This document shows, in pieces, positions 6,483-15,163 of a DNA stretch of 56,457 nucleotides; within the stretch, counting starts at the first letter, position 1; each line of letters starts with the position of its first letter. A program made the position numbers and the translations under genes. This stretch comes from a virus. The notes beneath the pieces were generated by a model that saw only the letters and a program-made list of their open reading frames with translations, did no database searches and was not told where the DNA came from. The stretch covers positions 1-56,457 of the IMG/VR virus record IMGVR_UViG_3300042990_000014; one strand, 5' to 3'.

Positions 6483-7031
6483 ATGACGCAGAACATTGAT
6501 CCCTTCGCGCAGGCCGACGGATCCACCAGCATCAACCCGAACGCGGGTGACCCGTTCAGCCAGCCCTCCGGTGGAGGCAGCTACCTGAAGCCCGTCGACC
6601 TGTTCGGCGCGCTGATCCTGCTCACCCCGATCAAGATCGAGGAAGTGAAGGACAACTTCGACAAGGGCGCTGACCCCAAGCTGGTGGAGCGCCTCACGGC
6701 GGACACGGTTGTGCTGGACGGCGTGCACGCGGGCAAGGAGTTCGACGCGATGTGGTGGAGCAACGCGCCCATCGTGGGGTCCGGCAAGGCCGCGCTGGAG
6801 CGGCGAAGCGGGGCCATCCTCGGGCGCCTGTTCCGCTTCCCCATCGGCGAGGACAAGAAGGCCGGAAAGTACCAGACGCCTGCGGACATTGAGGCCGCGC
6901 TGACGGCGTGGCGTCCGGGCATGCCCAACGTGCGCTTCTCCTGGAAGCTGGCGCCGTTCAACCCGGAGGACGCGCAGGTCGCGCGCGCCTACCTCGCCAG
7001 CAAGCAGCCGGTGAGCCCGTTCGGCGCGTAG
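6483..7031 (+). CDS. hypothetical protein (182 aa)
   Basis: I chose the ATG at 6483, preceded by AGGAG, because the ORF-track start at 6399 lies inside tRNA-like element F. GC3 is high. Confidence 0.8.
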   Translation: MTQNIDPFAQADGSTSINPNAGDPFSQPSGGGSYLKPVDLFGALILLTPIKIEEVKDNFDKGADPKLVERLTADTVVLDGVHAGKEFDAMWWSNAPIVGSGKAALERRSGAILGRLFRFPIGEDKKAGKYQTPADIEAALTAWRPGMPNVRFSWKLAPFNPEDAQVARAYLASKQPVSPFGA

Positions 7032-7042
7032 CTCTATCCGAA

Positions 7043-7083
7043 ACAGCCCCTCCCGCATGCCAAGCGGGAGGGGCTGTTCTTTG
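7043..7083 (+). terminator. rho-independent terminator
   Basis: 14-bp stem ACAGCCCCTCCCGC/GCGGGAGGGGCTGT followed by TCTTT. Confidence 0.8.
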
Positions 7084-7095
7084 CCCCCACAACGG

Positions 7096-7125
7096 TTGAC
7101 GTATTCGTAGCCCGTCGCCTAAGAT
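7096..7125 (+). promoter_or_regulatory. class 2 promoter (ACGGTTGACGTA box), copy 1
   Basis: TTGACG 7096-7101, 18-nt spacer, TAAGAT 7120-7125. The ATG at 7132 lies 6 nt downstream (leaderless). Confidence 0.55.
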
Positions 7126-7131
7126 CACCTC

Positions 7132-7308
7132 ATGACGGAAGACGAGAAGCCGAAGAGGACCGCGAAGGCCACGGCCGCGCGCAAGTGGGCGGCCGACAAG
7201 CGGATGGCGCGCGTGCTGGCTGATCGCGGGTGGACGCTGAAGACTCCGGGCGGGGACGACTGGGCAACGCTCATGAAGCGCGAGGAGGCCGGCATTATCG
7301 ACCCGTGA
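7132..7308 (+). CDS. small basic hypothetical protein (58 aa; below the ORF-track size cut-off)
   Basis: ATG 7132 to TGA 7306-7308 read by hand (MTEDEKPKRTAKATAARKW...). GC3 is high and it sits directly after a promoter. Confidence 0.6.
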   Translation: MTEDEKPKRTAKATAARKWAADKRMARVLADRGWTLKTPGGDDWATLMKREEAGIIDP

Positions 7309-7391
7309 AAAGGAAGTAGACCCCGGGTTGCTGCCCGAGGTCTACCGTGAAACGCATCTGCCAACCAGCTACCCCGCGAAAGGTAATCCCG

Positions 7392-7772
7392 ATGATCCAA
7401 ACTCTAACACCCATCACCGCCCCGCTCATCATCCGCACGGCCGCCGCGCTGATCGGCGAGCACGGCTGGGGGTCCATGGCCGGATCGCACGTGACGCCCG
7501 AGCCGGGCGTACGCGGCCTCTCGCTGACCACCGCAGTCCTGTGGGCCATTAAGGGCTCCGGAGCCTCTGCGCGCGATCTGAGCCCCCTTCAGGCCACCCA
7601 CCTTGCCGAGACGGTGGACACGCTGGAGGTGGGACTCGACATGAGCGTGATCGCGTTCGAGCGGCGCTACGCTCATGCCTCCCCCCGACAGGTCGCTACC
7701 ATCCTGCGCGAGATCGCGTGGGCCGTGGAGGGCGAGCTGGAGCCCGGGGATGCCGAAAGGTTCGACTGGTAG
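7392..7772 (+). CDS. hypothetical protein (126 aa)
   Basis: ATG at 7392 preceded by AAAGG, in the same frame as ORF 7347-7772. Confidence 0.7.
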   Translation: MIQTLTPITAPLIIRTAAALIGEHGWGSMAGSHVTPEPGVRGLSLTTAVLWAIKGSGASARDLSPLQATHLAETVDTLEVGLDMSVIAFERRYAHASPRQVATILREIAWAVEGELEPGDAERFDW

Positions 7773-7776
7773 ACGG

Positions 7777-7805
7777 TTGACGTACCCGTCGATCGTTGAT
7801 AGCGT
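7777..7805 (+). promoter_or_regulatory. class 2 promoter, copy 2
   Basis: ACGGTTGACGTA box; TTGACG 7777-7782, 17-nt spacer, TAGCGT 7800-7805. Confidence 0.55.
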
Positions 7806-7886
7806 GGAAGTTGGGGAGAGCAAGGGCGCGGCGAGGCTGCCGACGAAGCTCCGGACTCGGAACCGCTGTCGCTCTCCCCAACTTCC
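7806..7886 (+). promoter_or_regulatory. 16-bp perfect inverted repeat enclosing 49 nt in the whiB-like leader
   Basis: GGAAGTTGGGGAGAGC (7806-7821) and GCTCTCCCCAACTTCC (7871-7886). Confidence 0.6.
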
Positions 7887-7910
7887 ATCCCCCGCACCTG
7901 GAGGTACCCC

Positions 7911-8231
7911 GTGGACGCTCGACGGCTGGGGGCGCAGATCGACAAGCGCGCTCAGTTTCTTAGCCCGGTCTCCGGCCACGACGAGAGCTGGCGCAAGGAT
8001 GCGGCCTGCCTCACTGAAGAGCCGGAACTGTTCTTCCCGGTGGCGCGCGGCATGCACGCCGAGCCGCGCAATGCTCCCGCCAAGCGGGTGTGCGCGCGCT
8101 GTCGCGTTCGCGCGGACTGCCTCGCGTGGGCGCTGGGTGCCTCCATCGCGCCGGAGGGTGTGTGGGGTGGCACGTCGCAGGAAGAGCGCGCAGAACTTAT
8201 CCGCAACAAACGTCAGAAAGAGGACTCATGA
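7911..8231 (+). CDS. whiB: WhiB-family Fe-S transcription factor
   Basis: GTG start 6 nt after GGAGG. Four Cys (C-x28-C-x2-C-x5-C) followed by GVWGG. Confidence 0.85.
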   Translation: MDARRLGAQIDKRAQFLSPVSGHDESWRKDAACLTEEPELFFPVARGMHAEPRNAPAKRVCARCRVRADCLAWALGASIAPEGVWGGTSQEERAELIRNKRQKEDS

Positions 8232-8929
8232 TCGCGCTTCCCACCCGTGAGATCACCGGCATGATCGGCGACGTGCTTCCGTTCGTCAGCCCCGACAAGG
8301 ACGACCTGCGCCACCACTGCGTGCGTATCGAGTCCCGCGATGCGCACGTGAAGATGCTGGCCACCAACCGCACGCAGGCGGTGCGGGTGAGCTGGACCGA
8401 GGACGACGTGGACGCGACGCCCGAGGACGACGACGCGGTGTTCGCGGAGTACGGCCCCGAGACCGGTCACCCCGCGTTCGACGTGCGTATCGGCGTCGCG
8501 GAGGCCAAGTCCCTGGCGAGCGCGTTCAAGCTGCCCACGAAGCTCGGCTGGGCGCCGGTCTCCCTGCGAGTGATCGGCGACAGTTACGCCGCGAACCTCT
8601 ACACGCTGATCGTGGAGCGCAAGGCCTCCGGCGAGCTGTGGCCCGCGCTCACCATGCGCGTGTCCGGCGTCGGCGTTCCCATCCCGGAGAACGGGGACAC
8701 GGCGGAGGTGGACATCCACCAGGCGATCGACATGGTGAGCGGTAAGGCGCCCACCCCCCTCCACGGGGTCGCGTTCAACCCCAAGCTGCTGGGCAACTTC
8801 GCGAAGGTGGAACGGCACGGCGCGATGCGCATGTTCTTCACCAGCGCGGTGGACGGCGCGCCCGTGCACATCGAGATGGGTACCCGGTTCGAGGGCATCG
8901 CCCACCAGGTGAAGCTGGACAAGTCGTGA
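8228..8929 (+). CDS. hypothetical protein, possibly a sliding-clamp (DnaN)-like fold
   Basis: ATGA overlap with the whiB stop. 233 aa. N-terminal pattern L..V..D....H.V.I......MLATNRTQAV and FNPKLLGNF are reminiscent of beta-clamps. The functional call is weak. Confidence 0.6.
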   Translation: MIALPTREITGMIGDVLPFVSPDKDDLRHHCVRIESRDAHVKMLATNRTQAVRVSWTEDDVDATPEDDDAVFAEYGPETGHPAFDVRIGVAEAKSLASAFKLPTKLGWAPVSLRVIGDSYAANLYTLIVERKASGELWPALTMRVSGVGVPIPENGDTAEVDIHQAIDMVSGKAPTPLHGVAFNPKLLGNFAKVERHGAMRMFFTSAVDGAPVHIEMGTRFEGIAHQVKLDKS

Positions 8930-9117
8930 ACGGCCCGGAGCACTACCGACGCGCGGAGGAACTGCTGGACCTGAATCGACCCGGTAGCGACGCGGGGGTC
9001 GCCGCGCGCCTCCAGGCCGCCGCCGTGCACGCGCAGCTTGCCGCTGTGGCGCTGGCGTACGACGCGGTACCCGATCAGGTTCTCCACGAGGCCGAATGGG
9101 CGAACGTCACGCAGTAG
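8926..9117 (+). CDS. hypothetical protein (63 aa)
   Basis: GTGA overlap with the upstream stop; ORF track. Confidence 0.6.
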   Translation: MNGPEHYRRAEELLDLNRPGSDAGVAARLQAAAVHAQLAAVALAYDAVPDQVLHEAEWANVTQ

Positions 9118-9133
9118 GTGGGTCAGTACAAAA

Positions 9134-9168
9134 AGCAGCCCGGACCAATCCCAATGGTCCGGGCTGCT
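9134..9168. terminator. convergent-arm terminator hairpin
   Basis: 13-bp stem AGCAGCCCGGACC/GGTCCGGGCTGCT. A TTTT tract follows it on the - strand. It lies between the ends of the + arm (9117) and the - arm (9185). Confidence 0.75.
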
Positions 9169-9184
9169 TCGCACCACGTTCCCC

Positions 9185-9835
9185 TTACCGCCACCGTACC
9201 ACCGGTCCGCCCCAGTCCACCTCGCGCGCGTCCGTGGCCAGGAAGTGGCGTGCCACCCGGCGCCCGGCGTGGCCCACCAGCGACGCACCCTCCGGGTGAT
9301 CCACCAGGGACGGCCATGGGAACCAGGCCTCCAGCTTGCGCTGACGCGCCCACCGTCCCACCCGCATGTCATCCGGGATGCCGCGCTGGCGGTCACCCCA
9401 CAGTAGCATCTCCGGGACCAGATGAGTGGGGACGGCCAGCGCCACTCCCCACATCACCATAGGCCCCACGATCCACGCAGCGGCGCCTTCGTCCGCCCGG
9501 CGGGCAAGATCGTGCCACACTCCGGGGACTGGCCGGCCGGTACCGACGTACAGGCTCACCACCGCTGGGCACGGCACGTGATCGAGCGCGCCGGGGAGCG
9601 CGGCCAACAGGTGCGGCGCCACGATCGCATCGTCCTGGAGCAGCAGGTGCCAGGCGGCGGCCGGATCGTACAGTCGCCAGGCCGCGCGCGCGGTACGCCA
9701 GAGGCGCTCGTGATCCCGTGACGGTGGACCTTCGTTGTCCCACGCGATCGGCACTCGACGCCCCAGCTCGTACTGGAGTGCGGTCACCTGCGCGCGGCGG
9801 TCCGGGTGCGCCATCACGCTGATACTGACGGTCAA
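9185..9835 (-). CDS. glycosyltransferase-like protein
   Basis: 216-aa ORF with a DxD-like LLQDDAIV motif. Last gene of the - arm. Confidence 0.55.
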   Translation of the reverse strand: MTVSISVMAHPDRRAQVTALQYELGRRVPIAWDNEGPPSRDHERLWRTARAAWRLYDPAAAWHLLLQDDAIVAPHLLAALPGALDHVPCPAVVSLYVGTGRPVPGVWHDLARRADEGAAAWIVGPMVMWGVALAVPTHLVPEMLLWGDRQRGIPDDMRVGRWARQRKLEAWFPWPSLVDHPEGASLVGHAGRRVARHFLATDAREVDWGGPVVRWR

Positions 9836-10128
9836 CGCAACGCCTCGATGATGGCCATCTTCGTCCGCCGTGCACCCAGCACCACGCCGCGCCTGACTGC
9901 CAGCGCGCGCAGCTCGGCCACGGTCAGATCGTCCAGCTCTACCGCCTCCGGCTGGAGTGGGCGCGGCTGGACGGCCCCGACGATGACCTTCTCCGCGACT
10001 TCGCGGGCTGCGGCAGTCGCGACCGCGAGCACTTTCGGAGCGTCCACGCTGATCGCGACCACCGGTCGCGGCGCCACCGGCCCGAGCGCCCGGAAGAACT
10101 TCCGTCGATCCCTGCGTCGCCGGCTCAC
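9832..10128 (-). CDS. hypothetical protein with C-terminal HeH/Rho-N-like motif
   Basis: GTGA-coupled GTG at 10128. C-terminus LTVAELRALAVRRGV...TKMAIIEAL. Confidence 0.6.
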   Translation of the reverse strand: MSRRRRDRRKFFRALGPVAPRPVVAISVDAPKVLAVATAAAREVAEKVIVGAVQPRPLQPEAVELDDLTVAELRALAVRRGVVLGARRTKMAIIEALR

Positions 10129-10628
10129 GGGATTACCGCGAACTCGCTGCTGTAGCCGACGCGTACGCACGCGATTCCGGAACGGTTTCCCGTACCGTAC
10201 TGGCCGTAGATCGCGAGCGTGCCGGTACCCGAAGTGCGCTGGAGGCTCACGAAGTAGTTGACGTCTTCGGTGGCCGAGGCCACGAAGTCATCCCAGGGGT
10301 ACACCCCGCGCGCCGTGGTGATGCCGGCGGCAAAGATCGTCCACTCCTGGATGATGGTTCCCGTAAGCGCGGTGTCCCGACGAACCAGCATCTTGAACTC
10401 GTCGGTGGCCACCGATGCCTGGACGATCGCATGTAGGTTGAATTGGTACAAACCTCCATTGACCTGCGGAATGGGGCCTAGCGCCATCTTCGGGATGTCG
10501 AGCTGGGTGGTGCCCGACGTGGTGTTGATGATGCCGGCCGTGGATACCTCGATGGACTTGAGTGTCTTCTGTGTCGCGTCATTGAGCTGACCAGCGGTGA
10601 GCCGCTGACCTGCGAGAAATGGATTCAC
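10125..10628 (-). CDS. tail-associated hypothetical protein (167 aa)
   Basis: GTG at 10628 preceded by AGGAGGGG. Lies downstream of the large tail protein. Confidence 0.65.
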   Translation of the reverse strand: MNPFLAGQRLTAGQLNDATQKTLKSIEVSTAGIINTTSGTTQLDIPKMALGPIPQVNGGLYQFNLHAIVQASVATDEFKMLVRRDTALTGTIIQEWTIFAAGITTARGVYPWDDFVASATEDVNYFVSLQRTSGTGTLAIYGQYGTGNRSGIACVRVGYSSEFAVIP

Positions 10629-10636
10629 AGCCCCTC

Positions 10637-13600
10637 CTACCTGGCCAGCACGGGCTGGAACCACAATGTGACGGCGGAGCCTGCGTCATGCGCGCGCGCC
10701 GCTCCGTTGATGTTACGTACCACGGTGAAGGCTTGCGTCGGGCCAGTAAGTCCGCGCAGCACGTACAGCCGGCCGTGGTTGTCGTTGGCGCTCGACGCGA
10801 GCGGGATGAGTACAGACTGCACGCCCGACTTCGCCACCCGCTTTGCCCAGACGCGCGTCCGAGAGGTGGTGATGGTGGCGGTCACGCTGTCGGTCACCGC
10901 CATCCACGTGCTGTCCGGTGCGCCCATGGCGCCCGCCGGGTCCCAATCCCAGCCATTGATCAACAGCAGCCAGTCGCCCACCAGGGGCGCGCCCGAGGTG
11001 GCGAGCGTGAGCGGCAGCGAAATCGCGACCCCACTCACTACCTCCACGACCACGGGCGAGCCGCTGCCCGCGTGTACCACCACGGAGGTGGCCGTCCACT
11101 TGTCCGGAGTGCTGAACGTCGCGGTCTGCGTCCCGGTGGCGCCGCTGGCGCCCAACGTCTTCGTGGCCTGCTCCAGAGAGGTGAAAGCGGCGTCAGTGCG
11201 GGATCCGATCGTCATACCTCCTGGGAGTGTGTAGGTGCCGGTGCTCAGGAAGCTGAGCCACGAACAGATAAGCAGGTCTCCGACGGCGGGAGCCACCACC
11301 GATGGCGCTACGAAGCTAACGGTGTTCGCCCCGGTATACGCGGTCGCGGCTGCCGTAGTAGCTGCCGCCCCGGCGCGCGCCGCGATGTCGGTCACCGTGA
11401 GGCGCTCGCCGCCGATGCGAATGTCGAAGGGCGTCTCCGCGTTGTCCGCCGTCCAGTCGGGGCCGGCCGTGACTGCGACAGCTAGCGCGGTGTCGTCAGC
11501 GTCGATCGTGAGCGCCAGCTCGGATCCATCCGTCTCCAGGCGCAGCAGGTACGCGGCATCCACCCCGGTACCGTCGATCACCCCGACATCCCATACCGCA
11601 CCCGGGGAGCAGTTCACGATTGGAGCCCACGTGACGGGGCTGACGGGCTCCACGTACCCCTCCGCGATGACGCGTACCGGCTCCGTGGAGTGCTGTGGCG
11701 GCAGGTTGACCACGTCCATCCGCGCGCCCTGATCCACCGTGAGCCAACCGTCGATCACCTCCGGCGCTACTCCCAGGTTCGTACTCACCTGCGGGTAGCG
11801 CATACCAGGGGCGGTGCCCTGGTGGAGCAGCCATCCGGCGGCCCCAGGAAGCTGCGTGTCGCTGTACAGATTGAGCGTGACCGCTTCGTCGTACGTGCCG
11901 CGCTTGGCGATGCTGGCGGCGTCGAGGACTTCGAGGGAGGAGCCGCTCTGTCGCGTCACCGTGACGTCATTACGTAGACGCTGGTCATCAAGCACGGGCG
12001 AGAAGGGATTCTGTAGTTGCCCCTGGAGTGCGTCCAGGGTGAGGTTCGCCGGCTGGTTGTACATGCTCTCTCGGGTGCGGTACACCAGTCCAACGGCGTC
12101 CTGGCGCTCATAGAGGACGCCGCCGTCCGCACTCTCTGCGTCGTTGAGCAGCGTGAGCAGCGTCGCGATCTGCTGCACTCCCATCTGCTCAGTGGTCTCG
12201 CCGTCACCGATAAGACGGATGGAGATTCCCTGCTCCGCGCACAGGCGCGCGATCCGGACGGCGGCGGCCTCGCCCAGCCAGCCCGTGGCCGCGTTATCCC
12301 AGGAGCCGGCGGCGGCGACGTCGAGCACGGCCACGTGCCCCATGGAGATTCCGCCCAGTTCCGCGCCCGGAGGTACCCCCCAGCCTGTCACTCCCCCCAC
12401 TACACCCGCGTAGGTGTTGGTGAGGAACGACCCAACCGGGAGCGGGTATTCCACCGGGAACCAGATCAGCGTCCAGTCGACGTTGCCTGCGTTCTGCTCC
12501 GCGTACAGGCGCAGGTGCACCCAGCCCGCGAAGAAGCCGACCGGCGCGCCCGTAGCTGTGGTGGCCGTACCGCCCACAGCGTTCTGTCCGGTCACAGTAA
12601 CGGCCGCGCCCGTGATTGTGATCTTCCACAGCACCACGGTGCCGGTCGAGGTACTTACCGTCATGATCGTGGTAGCGCCAACCGGTCCGGGGCTGGGGAT
12701 GTTGACGTACCAGTCCACTTGCCAGAGTCCTGAGAAGGTGCCGGAGACTGCGCCGGAGATGCCGGTGGAGTCGTCCAGTGTGGGCAGCGGTTTGCTGCCG
12801 GCCAGCGTGTCGTCGGAGGCGAAGTCGATCACCCCCGTGAAGGTGGCGGGCGCGCCGCCCTCGATCCCGCTCGCGATCTGCGTAGAGTCCTTGCCGTCCT
12901 CCATCGGCCAGTAGGCGCGCAAGGTGGGCTGAAAGACGATGGAGCGCTTGACGGGGGACTCCAGAGCGCTCGCACCTTGCCCCAGTCGGCGAAGGATTCC
13001 CGCGATGGCCAGCCCTACTCGCGCCTCGCCTCCACCCAGGCCGCCGTCCTGTTGCGCGGACAGATCACCCCAAGGCCAGGTAGGCGTCCACTCGTCCACC
13101 GTGCCAACGATGCGGAACCACCTGTCGCTCAGCTCGGCCGGTGCGTAGATGGTCCAGGCCAGCCCGGTGGAGTCCACGAACGCGTTCAGGCCGGACACCT
13201 GCGCGGTGAAGTCGGCATCGGCGATGACCGTACCGCCAATGCCGTTACGAAGCTGGAAGCGGTAGACGGTGGCGTCCGCCGCCTGTTGCTCAACGCCGCG
13301 CGGATCCGACCCCACCGTGAGCGGCTGGGTCGCATTGAAGATCGAGGTGACACCCACCCCGGTAACCGCAGTCCCGATTTGCGTGAAGGTGCCGGTCACG
13401 GAGTCGGACAGGTAGAAGGTGGCCGTCCAGCCACCGGCGCCGTTGTTCACGTCCAGCGTCGCGCGGACCGTGGCGCGCGCGGAGGACGGAAGCACGGGCA
13501 TCGTGGAGGTGGCCGACAGGATGGTGGAGCCGTCCGGAGACCAGAAGAGGGAAACCGTGCTGTTGGGCCATGCGAACAGCTCCCAGGAGAAGGTGCTCAG

Positions 13601-14653
13601 GGGGTTTGCACGCCCCGCGACGATGGGTGGGGAGCCACCTGCATCCATGGTCTTCAGGTGCAGATCCACCCTGACATCGAGGTCCGTGGTGATGTTCAGC
13701 GAGGAGATCGACGCCACCTCGGCGCGCGCGCCCAGCGTGGGCGACAGGTACAGCCGGGTGGACCCAGCGTTGAGCCACCACCGCGCCGGGGTACCCAGGT
13801 CGACGTTCGGATAGTAGGCGCCCAGCGGGTTGTCCGGCGTGTAGTCACCTGCCGGATTGTCCAGGTCCATCTCGGCGGAGGTGGGCGCCACCTGGCTGGA
13901 CTCGTCCGCGCGCCCACGCGAGACGGACACGTCCTGACTCATGAAGTCCGAGCTGCCCTCGGGCGTGACGTCAGTCCAGTCCCAGGTGGCCGGGTCTGCA
14001 CTCAGGTCGGCCCCGAACGCGAGCTCCAGCCCGACCGGAATCGCTCCATTGGGGAATTCGACGTCGGGCGGTGCGACGAAGTTGACATTGGAGATCGCGG
14101 TCATTTTGGCGGTGGCCAACGCCAGGTAGCAGAAGGTGCGCGCGCGCATGTACAGCGCGGTAATCGCGATCGTGGGCACCACGGAGGCGAGCACGGTCCA
14201 CGCGCGGTGGTCAGGGCTGGCCTCGAAATGTACGGTGCCGGCCGCCTGGCGGACGCGGAGCCAGCGGTGGGCGGTCGGGCTATATGCGGGAGTGGCCAGC
14301 GCCGTTCCGACGCCCGCCACGAACTGGTAGCACCCGAGAAAACCACCGGCCACCACGATCAGCAGGCTGTTAGTGATGTTCGCGGGGTTCTGCGTGAGGA
14401 TGATGGGGTACATCTCCAGGCCTGACTCCTGCACCCCCGCGCTGATCAGCTCGATGTGCAGATGCGACCCGGTGAGGTCGTACGCGATGTCGCTGTCCAG
14501 TGAGGCATCTCCAGTGGCGCCAGCCTGGACGATGAAGGTGTACTGCCCGCCGGCCTGCTGGCCGCTGTTGCCCGCCGCGTTGACGGCGTTCCACAGCGCG
14601 GTGTTCAGCACCGCCGCGCGGAAGCTGTCTACCAGTGCGCCCAGCAGTGCCAC
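10637..14653 (-). CDS. large minor tail protein / tail-tip fibre (1338 aa)
   Basis: ORF track. Sits two genes after the tape measure. Gly/Thr/Ala-rich beta-type sequence. Confidence 0.75.
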   Translation of the reverse strand: MALLGALVDSFRAAVLNTALWNAVNAAGNSGQQAGGQYTFIVQAGATGDASLDSDIAYDLTGSHLHIELISAGVQESGLEMYPIILTQNPANITNSLLIVVAGGFLGCYQFVAGVGTALATPAYSPTAHRWLRVRQAAGTVHFEASPDHRAWTVLASVVPTIAITALYMRARTFCYLALATAKMTAISNVNFVAPPDVEFPNGAIPVGLELAFGADLSADPATWDWTDVTPEGSSDFMSQDVSVSRGRADESSQVAPTSAEMDLDNPAGDYTPDNPLGAYYPNVDLGTPARWWLNAGSTRLYLSPTLGARAEVASISSLNITTDLDVRVDLHLKTMDAGGSPPIVAGRANPLSTFSWELFAWPNSTVSLFWSPDGSTILSATSTMPVLPSSARATVRATLDVNNGAGGWTATFYLSDSVTGTFTQIGTAVTGVGVTSIFNATQPLTVGSDPRGVEQQAADATVYRFQLRNGIGGTVIADADFTAQVSGLNAFVDSTGLAWTIYAPAELSDRWFRIVGTVDEWTPTWPWGDLSAQQDGGLGGGEARVGLAIAGILRRLGQGASALESPVKRSIVFQPTLRAYWPMEDGKDSTQIASGIEGGAPATFTGVIDFASDDTLAGSKPLPTLDDSTGISGAVSGTFSGLWQVDWYVNIPSPGPVGATTIMTVSTSTGTVVLWKITITGAAVTVTGQNAVGGTATTATGAPVGFFAGWVHLRLYAEQNAGNVDWTLIWFPVEYPLPVGSFLTNTYAGVVGGVTGWGVPPGAELGGISMGHVAVLDVAAAGSWDNAATGWLGEAAAVRIARLCAEQGISIRLIGDGETTEQMGVQQIATLLTLLNDAESADGGVLYERQDAVGLVYRTRESMYNQPANLTLDALQGQLQNPFSPVLDDQRLRNDVTVTRQSGSSLEVLDAASIAKRGTYDEAVTLNLYSDTQLPGAAGWLLHQGTAPGMRYPQVSTNLGVAPEVIDGWLTVDQGARMDVVNLPPQHSTEPVRVIAEGYVEPVSPVTWAPIVNCSPGAVWDVGVIDGTGVDAAYLLRLETDGSELALTIDADDTALAVAVTAGPDWTADNAETPFDIRIGGERLTVTDIAARAGAAATTAAATAYTGANTVSFVAPSVVAPAVGDLLICSWLSFLSTGTYTLPGGMTIGSRTDAAFTSLEQATKTLGASGATGTQTATFSTPDKWTATSVVVHAGSGSPVVVEVVSGVAISLPLTLATSGAPLVGDWLLLINGWDWDPAGAMGAPDSTWMAVTDSVTATITTSRTRVWAKRVAKSGVQSVLIPLASSANDNHGRLYVLRGLTGPTQAFTVVRNINGAARAHDAGSAVTLWFQPVLAR

Positions 14654-14662
14654 GGGTCTCTC

Positions 14663-15163
14663 CTACGGTCCGACGATGGTGACGTTCTCGCCCACGCGCT
14701 TGCGCACCGTGAAGCTCACCAGGATGCGCGAGCCTAAGCCAGAGCGTAGCCGCTGCTGCTGCGTGAGCTGCGAGACCCGTACGGGATACACGTTCACGGG
14801 GGCGGTGGGGTGGTCGAGGTAGTGGCCACTCGGGAGTAGGACGATGTTGCCTTCCTGCCCCCGGATCCAGAGTGTGCGCACATCCACCCCCGCGCGGTCA
14901 GCCGCGAACATCAGGCGCGAGTCTGCGCACTTCTGCTCACCCATTCGTTGCTCCTCGAAGGGTCCCCAGTCGCCATCGCGCAGGACATCGGTATCCACTT
15001 CCCAGCCGATAATGTCGGTCAGGTCGTACAGTGCCTGGAGGTCGATGCCGGTCGCGATCTCCACGTCCGTAGGTGCCTGCACGTCCACGATCGTGGGCAC
15101 CCACAGCGCCTGGATGCTGAGGTCGTAGGCGTACGGCCCGGTGAGGTCACACGGTGCGGTCAC
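14663..15163 (-). CDS. minor tail protein (distal-tail-like position)
   Basis: GTGA-coupled GTG at 15163, immediately after the tape measure stop. Confidence 0.65.
   Translation of the reverse strand: MTAPCDLTGPYAYDLSIQALWVPTIVDVQAPTDVEIATGIDLQALYDLTDIIGWEVDTDVLRDGDWGPFEEQRMGEQKCADSRLMFAADRAGVDVRTLWIRGQEGNIVLLPSGHYLDHPTAPVNVYPVRVSQLTQQQRLRSGLGSRILVSFTVRKRVGENVTIVGP

Noticed and set aside
7125-7400. 91-aa - strand ORF in the + arm
   Set aside because: It lies opposite a promoter-preceded + strand small gene (7132-7308) with much better third-position GC bias, and it has no RBS.
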